From an uncultured Pedosphaera sp. (lineage in GTDB: Bacteria; Verrucomicrobiota; Verrucomicrobiia; Limisphaerales; UBA1100), in the NCBI GenBank assembly GCA_964533265.1, contig CAZHJW010000002.1, positions 1 through 53,943 on the forward strand: a stretch of DNA of 53,943 bases, in the 5' to 3' direction. Made by a program: the position numbers and the translations under genes. Numbering within the stretch: position 1 is the first letter of the stretch; each line of letters begins with the position of its first letter. The notes beneath the pieces are model-generated. The model worked only from the letters and a program-made list of their open reading frames with translations. It was not told where the DNA came from and made no database searches. Below, in pieces: positions 47,820-53,943 of the stretch.

Positions 47820-49117
47820 TCTAAACTCTCCACTCGTATCATCACCGGCTCGGTCTTCACAGAAGACAATTTTTGGATCGCTTTCAACGCCTTAGTCATG
47901 GCTGCATTTTTCGCGTAATGGAGCATGAGAATTAGCGGCACACTCCCTCCCTCATGACCTTCAGGCTGGGTAACAGAGGAAATACCAATCTTATTCTTGG
48001 CTAAAATAGCCGAGACCTTCGCAAGAACACCTGGTCGGTCGAGTACTGAAAGCCGAAGATAATAGCAGCTCGTCGTTTCCCCAATCTGCCGCACCGCTCC
48101 ATTGGATTCATGCGGGATAAATGCCTTCAAGCGATCGGTCGAGCCGTGTTTCAGATCCAGCACTGCGTCACCGATATCACTCAACACCGCACTGGCCGTA
48201 GCATCCGGGCCCGCTCCCTGTCCATAATGCAATGTGTCACCCACCACGTCACCGCGCACAAGGATGCCATTATAAACATCACTTACATTTGCGAGCACGT
48301 GGTCATCGGGTACCAATGCTGGATACATGCTTACCTGAACTGAACCTGCCTTGGAGGTTTTCACTATTCCAAGGAGCTTGATCGCATAGCCCAAGGTTCC
48401 GGCAAACTCCAAATCCAATGGGGTGATATCGGTGATCCCTTCAGTATACACCTCCTTGGGTTTCACCCAAAATCCATGAGCTAAAGAGGCTAATATGCCC
48501 ACTTTATGTGCCGCATCATGGCCATCCACATCAAGGCATGGATCAGCCTCAGCATAACCCTGTTGCTGTGCAAGTTTCACCGCAATATCAAAATCCATCC
48601 CCTCCTTCATCTTGGTTAGGATAAAATTACAAGTGCCATTGAGGATTCCAAAAAGATGGGTAACGCGGTTTCCCACCAACGCTTCACGGATAACTTTAAT
48701 GATTGGAACTCCGCCCGCCACACTGGCCTCGTAATACAGGTTGGCACCGGATTTTTCCGCTGCCGCAAATAGCTTCTCTCCATGAAAAGCCAAAAGAGCC
48801 TTATTAGCCGTTACAACGGGTTTTCCCACACGCAGAGCGGCCAATACGACGTCTTTGGCGGTAGTCGTTCCCCCGATGAGCTCCACCACCAAATCGATCT
48901 TAGGATCATTCACCACACTCTTCCAATCGGCAGTCAACACCCCTTTGACCAACTTGAAATCGCGCTTTTTCTTCAGACTTCGAACAGCTACCCGCCCCAC
49001 ACGTAGACGCGCCCCAAGACGTGATGCCATTAGGACACCATTCCGACGTAATGCCTGCAAAACACCACCACCTACGGTGCCGGCGCCAACCAAGCCAATA
49101 TTGACTGTTCGCGTCAT
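47816..49117 (-). CDS. hom: Homoserine dehydrogenase
   Basis: ORF 47816-49159. ATG 49117 gives MTRTVNIGLVGAGTVGGGV (Rossmann GxGxxG). It has a C-terminal ACT-like domain (YYLRLSVLDRPGVLAKVSAILA). Confidence 0.93.
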   Translation of the reverse strand: MTRTVNIGLVGAGTVGGGVLQALRRNGVLMASRLGARLRVGRVAVRSLKKKRDFKLVKGVLTADWKSVVNDPKIDLVVELIGGTTTAKDVVLAALRVGKPVVTANKALLAFHGEKLFAAAEKSGANLYYEASVAGGVPIIKVIREALVGNRVTHLFGILNGTCNFILTKMKEGMDFDIAVKLAQQQGYAEADPCLDVDGHDAAHKVGILASLAHGFWVKPKEVYTEGITDITPLDLEFAGTLGYAIKLLGIVKTSKAGSVQVSMYPALVPDDHVLANVSDVYNGILVRGDVVGDTLHYGQGAGPDATASAVLSDIGDAVLDLKHGSTDRLKAFIPHESNGAVRQIGETTSCYYLRLSVLDRPGVLAKVSAILAKNKIGISSVTQPEGHEGGSVPLILMLHYAKNAAMTKALKAIQKLSSVKTEPVMIRVESLE

Positions 49118-49208
49118 AAAAAGGGGCGGGACTATGGCGATAAAACCCCAACTACTCAAGATTTTTGCCCTTTTTTACGGGCAGGATGCCCCTCATACTC
49201 TCTGCCCT

Positions 49209-50513
49209 ATGGCTTGGTACAAGCAGCTACACTGGCAGATCATTTTTGGCATGGTAATGGGAGCCCTCTATGGAGTGCTCGCAGCAAATCAGGGCTGGGG
49301 TGAATTCACTCAGAATTGGATTAGTCCTTTCGGTGAAATTTTTCTGAACCTTCTGAAACTTATTGCAATGCCGCTAGTCCTTACCTCGCTAATCTGTGGG
49401 GTCGCATCATTATCTGATTTTAAAAAGCTTTCGCGGATGGGAAGTAAAACCATCGGCCTCTACCTTGCCACCACCGCTATCGCTGTCACGATTGGCCTAT
49501 GCGTAGTCAACACCATCAACCCTGGCGATAGGCTGCCCAAGGAAACCATTAACAATCTTAAAGCACAATACGAAGCTGATGTAGCTAAACGCAGCGAGAT
49601 AGCGGACAGTGCAAAAGAGCGCGGACCACTACAACCGTTAGTGGATATGGTGCCTGATAACTTCTTCGGGTCAGCCAGCAGTAACCGCAATATGTTGCAG
49701 ATTGTTTTCTTTAGCCTACTCATGGGGATTGCCCTAATCCAGATTCAGGAAGACAAACGCAAACCGGTCTTTAATGTCATCAGCGGACTGCAAGAGGTAG
49801 TCATCAAGATTGTATTTATTATCATGTTGATTGCTCCAGTGGGTGTATTCGCATTAATCGCAAATACCATCACTACACTCGCCAAGGATGACCCTCATCA
49901 AATCGTCTCCTTGCTCGGATCCCTCGGATGGTATTGCGCAGCTGTCATCATTGGCCTCTTGATCCACGCGGTGGTCGTATACATCGGTTTATTGAAACTA
50001 TTCACGAAAATTTCAGTTACACATTTTTTGAAGAGCATTGGTCAGGCACAACTGCTTGCCTTTTCCACTAGCAGCAGCGGCGCCACCCTGCCGATCACCA
50101 TGAAGTGTGCGGAGGAAAAACTGGGGGCATCCAAGGAAGTCTCCTCTTTTGTCCTGCCCTTGGGAGCCACCATTAATATGGATGGGACGGCCCTCTATCA
50201 GGCTGTAGCAGCAGTCTTTATCGCCCAAGCCAGCGGAATTGATCTGACCATGGGAGCACAGATTACAATTGTGCTAACAGCCGTTCTAGCCTCGGTGGGT
50301 ACTGCAGCCGTACCCGGTGCTGGAGTAGTGATGTTAATCATTATTCTGGAGGCAATTAATGTGCCCGGAGCAGGCATTGCCCTCATTCTGGGAGTAGACC
50401 GCATTCTTGACATGTGCCGCACCGTGGTAAACGTTACAGGAGACTCGGCGGTGAACGCGATTATCGCCAGTTCGGAGAATCAACTGGATCCCCCTCCAGC
50501 TCCGACAACCTAG
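49209..50513 (+). CDS. Dicarboxylate/amino acid:cation symporter (DAACS, GltP/GltT-like)
   Basis: Track ORF 48855-50513. The first 118 codons are antisense to hom. ATG 49209 gives MAWYKQLHWQIIFGMVMGALYG. Family blocks: SSSGATLPITM, NMDGTALYQ. Confidence 0.9.
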   Translation: MAWYKQLHWQIIFGMVMGALYGVLAANQGWGEFTQNWISPFGEIFLNLLKLIAMPLVLTSLICGVASLSDFKKLSRMGSKTIGLYLATTAIAVTIGLCVVNTINPGDRLPKETINNLKAQYEADVAKRSEIADSAKERGPLQPLVDMVPDNFFGSASSNRNMLQIVFFSLLMGIALIQIQEDKRKPVFNVISGLQEVVIKIVFIIMLIAPVGVFALIANTITTLAKDDPHQIVSLLGSLGWYCAAVIIGLLIHAVVVYIGLLKLFTKISVTHFLKSIGQAQLLAFSTSSSGATLPITMKCAEEKLGASKEVSSFVLPLGATINMDGTALYQAVAAVFIAQASGIDLTMGAQITIVLTAVLASVGTAAVPGAGVVMLIIILEAINVPGAGIALILGVDRILDMCRTVVNVTGDSAVNAIIASSENQLDPPPAPTT

Positions 50514-50529
50514 GATTCAACGAATCCTA
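50511..50529 (+). terminator. Stem-loop overlapping the symporter stop codon (8-bp stem, 3-nt loop), weak terminator candidate
   Basis: TAGGATTC (50511-50518), AAC, GAATCCTA (50522-50529), a perfect complement. No U-tract follows (accccaactg), so intrinsic-terminator function is doubtful. Confidence 0.3.
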
Positions 50530-50542
50530 ACCCCAACTGAAA

Positions 50543-52196
<1,654 letters not shown>

Positions 52197-52346
52197 ACTG
52201 ATCCCTTGCCAGTTTTTAATCCTTGTTTATTTAAAATCGGCTTCCTTTTCGGCACCGCCAATGCCTTTTACTCAAGTCTTTTAAATTACTTATTCTTTCC
52301 CTACTTCTGGTTTGCGAGGTGACTCTATGGGGAGTAGAGTTATTCT

Positions 52347-53943
52347 ATGAGGCGCACGTTCCTAGTCCTCCTGACATTCTGCCTGTGGCTTCCTTTGATG
52401 GGGGCGGACAGGGACAAACCAGTGCCATTGGAGCTCAGCGCTTTCTTCATTGATGAAGTGTGGGGAAAGGTAGGTGAGCTCTCCTGCCTGAAATGTCATA
52501 ATTTCTCGGGTGAAGCGAAAGACAGCGGATTTATCCTACAGGAAACGATCCTGTTGGAGGGCGCCAAACTCCAAATTAGCCATGCGGCCAATTTTAAGGC
52601 CTTCGCAAAAATGGCCAGAAAACGCAAATCGGACCAGCAATCCAGGTTGCTCTTGAAGCCAATCGGAGGACTTGATCACGAGGGAGAACAGGTGCTTAAG
52701 CTGAATTCAACCGGCCACCGTATCCTGAAAGGGTTCGTTACCAGAGTAGAAGGCAAGACTGATCTCGGCTCAAACGTTCCGAAATACAAACCACTACCAT
52801 TCTTTGAAGGCGTCACGATGATTGAAGATGCCAGCTTATTGCGGCGCCTTACTCTCTCACTGGCAGGTCGCCTTCCCAACGAGAGTGAGAAAAAGGCTAT
52901 TGAAGCAAAAGGTTTGTCCGAACTGGATGCAATCCTTGATCAGATAATGATTGAGGACGCCTTTTATATACGCCTCAAGGAAGGCTTCAATGACATCTTT
53001 TTGACCAACGGTTTCGATGGCAATGGAGAATTAATCCTATCCTATGATCATTTCAACAAAACACGTCACTGGTATCAAAAGCACGACCTCAGCCACATTG
53101 AAAATAAGAGAGAACGGCAAGAGGCGATTTGGAATCTGGCGCGGGTCTACCGCAAGGCAATCCGCGGCGAACCGCTCGAGTTGATCGCACATGTGGTGCG
53201 GAATAATCGACCGTTTACCGAAATCATGACTGCCGACTACATCATGGTTTCCCCATATTCGGCCAAGGGTTACGGTATTTACGAGCAGGTGAAAAATCGC
53301 TTCAAGGATCCCAATAACCCCTTCGAATACATACCTGCAAAACTCCCTGCCCTAAAGGCGAGAAACGGCAATGTGCAAGAATCAAAGACAGGATTCTACC
53401 CGCATGCCGGACTCCTCAGCATGTTTCACTACCTACGCCGCTACCCCACCACCGAAACCAACCGCAACCGACTGCGAGCCCGCATGTATTACCAACATTT
53501 CCTTGGTATCGACGTCATGGAGCTGGCCGATCAGGTCACCGATGCAGCCGCCATCGATGCAAAATACAAAACACCATGGATGGAGGCTGCTGATTGTGTC
53601 GTTTGTCACCGTACTATCGACCCCGTCGCTGGCTTGTTCCAAGATTTCTATAATGACAAAGGTCACTATGGGCCCCGCAAAAACGGATGGTTCAAGGACA
53701 TGTTCGCCCCTGGATTGGAAGGTGAGAATCTTCCAACCCAAGAGAAGTGGCGTTCATTGCAATGGCTTGGCGAACGCACCGTAAAGGATCCGCGCTTTGC
53801 CATAGCGATGACCGAACATGTGTGGTACCTGCTCAATGGTCGTAAAGCCTTGCAGCCACCGCAAGACATCGAAAATCCACTTTTCACTCCACGCCGACGC
53901 GCGTACGTGATGCAACGGCGAGAAATCGCTAAAGTCTCGAAAG
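52347..53943 (+). CDS. PVC-type CxxCH domain protein (DUF1592/DUF1588-like family), 5' part; continues beyond the window end
   Basis: I translated the frame by hand from ATG 52347 as far as 53340, and again at 53520-53609, without a stop; the remaining stretches to the window edge I read only quickly. It is absent from the ORF track because there is no stop in the window. Signal-like MRRTFLVLLTFCLWLPLMGA. CLKCH at 52485-52499. RPFTEIMTADYIMVSPYSAKGYG is DUF1592/1588-like. CVVCHRTIDPVAGLF at 53595 onward. Confidence 0.85.
   Translation, partial: MRRTFLVLLTFCLWLPLMGADRDKPVPLELSAFFIDEVWGKVGELSCLKCHNFSGEAKDSGFILQETILLEGAKLQISHAANFKAFAKMARKRKSDQQSRLLLKPIGGLDHEGEQVLKLNSTGHRILKGFVTRVEGKTDLGSNVPKYKPLPFFEGVTMIEDASLLRRLTLSLAGRLPNESEKKAIEAKGLSELDAILDQIMIEDAFYIRLKEGFNDIFLTNGFDGNGELILSYDHFNKTRHWYQKHDLSHIENKRERQEAIWNLARVYRKAIRGEPLELIAHVVRNNRPFTEIMTADYIMVSPYSAKGYGIYEQVKNRFKDPNNPFEYIPAKLPALKARNGNVQESKTGFYPHAGLLSMFHYLRRYPTTETNRNRLRARMYYQHFLGIDVMELADQVTDAAAIDAKYKTPWMEAADCVVCHRTIDPVAGLFQDFYNDKGHYGPRKNGWFKDMFAPGLEGENLPTQEKWRSLQWLGERTVKDPRFAIAMTEHVWYLLNGRKALQPPQDIENPLFTPRRRAYVMQRREIAKVSK

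Noticed and set aside
48855-49208. N-terminal 118 codons of the track ORF 48855-50513
   Set aside because: This part is antisense to the hom coding sequence and is Arg/Pro/Thr-rich nonsense. The transporter-like sequence begins at ATG 49209. The same logic trims 574-675, 4684-4848, 23167-23265, 35957-35989, 43028-43078 and 43408-43449.
52206-52234. TTGCCA-N17-ATTTAA promoter-like match upstream of the last gene
   Set aside because: The match to the -10 element is weak in an AT-rich spacer where such hits are expected by chance. Without TSS data it does not merit a feature call.
53371-53784. Track ORFs 53371-53784 (+), 53433-53741 (-) and 53666-53887 (-)
   Set aside because: They are out of frame or antisense relative to the long open frame starting at 52347, which carries DUF1588/1592-like motifs. 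They are shadow ORFs.

Overview
This is a very dense chromosomal window, roughly 97% coding by my gene calls. It most likely comes from a PVC-superphylum bacterium (Verrucomicrobiota or Planctomycetota). The evidence is hallmark lineage families: PSCyt/DUF1549/DUF1553, twin-arginine DUF1501 proteins, a DUF1588/DUF1592-like CxxCH protein, Sel1-repeat proteins and an FHA-kinase-LRR protein. Most genes are ordinary core functions: comEC, pdxJ-acpS, glnD, lgt-rluD, pgk-tpiA-secG, a YejABEF-like peptide ABC importer, cutA, an SDR, hom-thrC-lysC plus a deoxyhypusine-synthase-like gene, a glutamate/dicarboxylate symporter and eno. I recognised no rRNA, tRNA, CRISPR array, transposase, integrase or phage genes. 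The best candidate for an undescribed system is an eight-gene, tightly coupled minus-strand operon at 23210-35828. It combines two ABC-2-type permease-like proteins with large soluble insertions, one ABC ATPase with a disordered tail, three consecutive SPFH/band-7 paralogues (one fused to a polytopic membrane domain), a P1B-like P-type ATPase with SPV in place of the CPC-type metal motif and no metal-binding domain, and a 543-aa orphan. This operon is divergently transcribed from an FHA / Ser-Thr kinase / TM / LRR sensor. Secondary points of interest:
- a Pro/Ala/Gly-rich repeat protein at the left edge
- a tandem DUF1501 duplication
- convergent genes with shared or abutting stop codons
- a 408-nt low-coding gap upstream of eno
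All homology statements rest on motif recognition by eye, not database searches.
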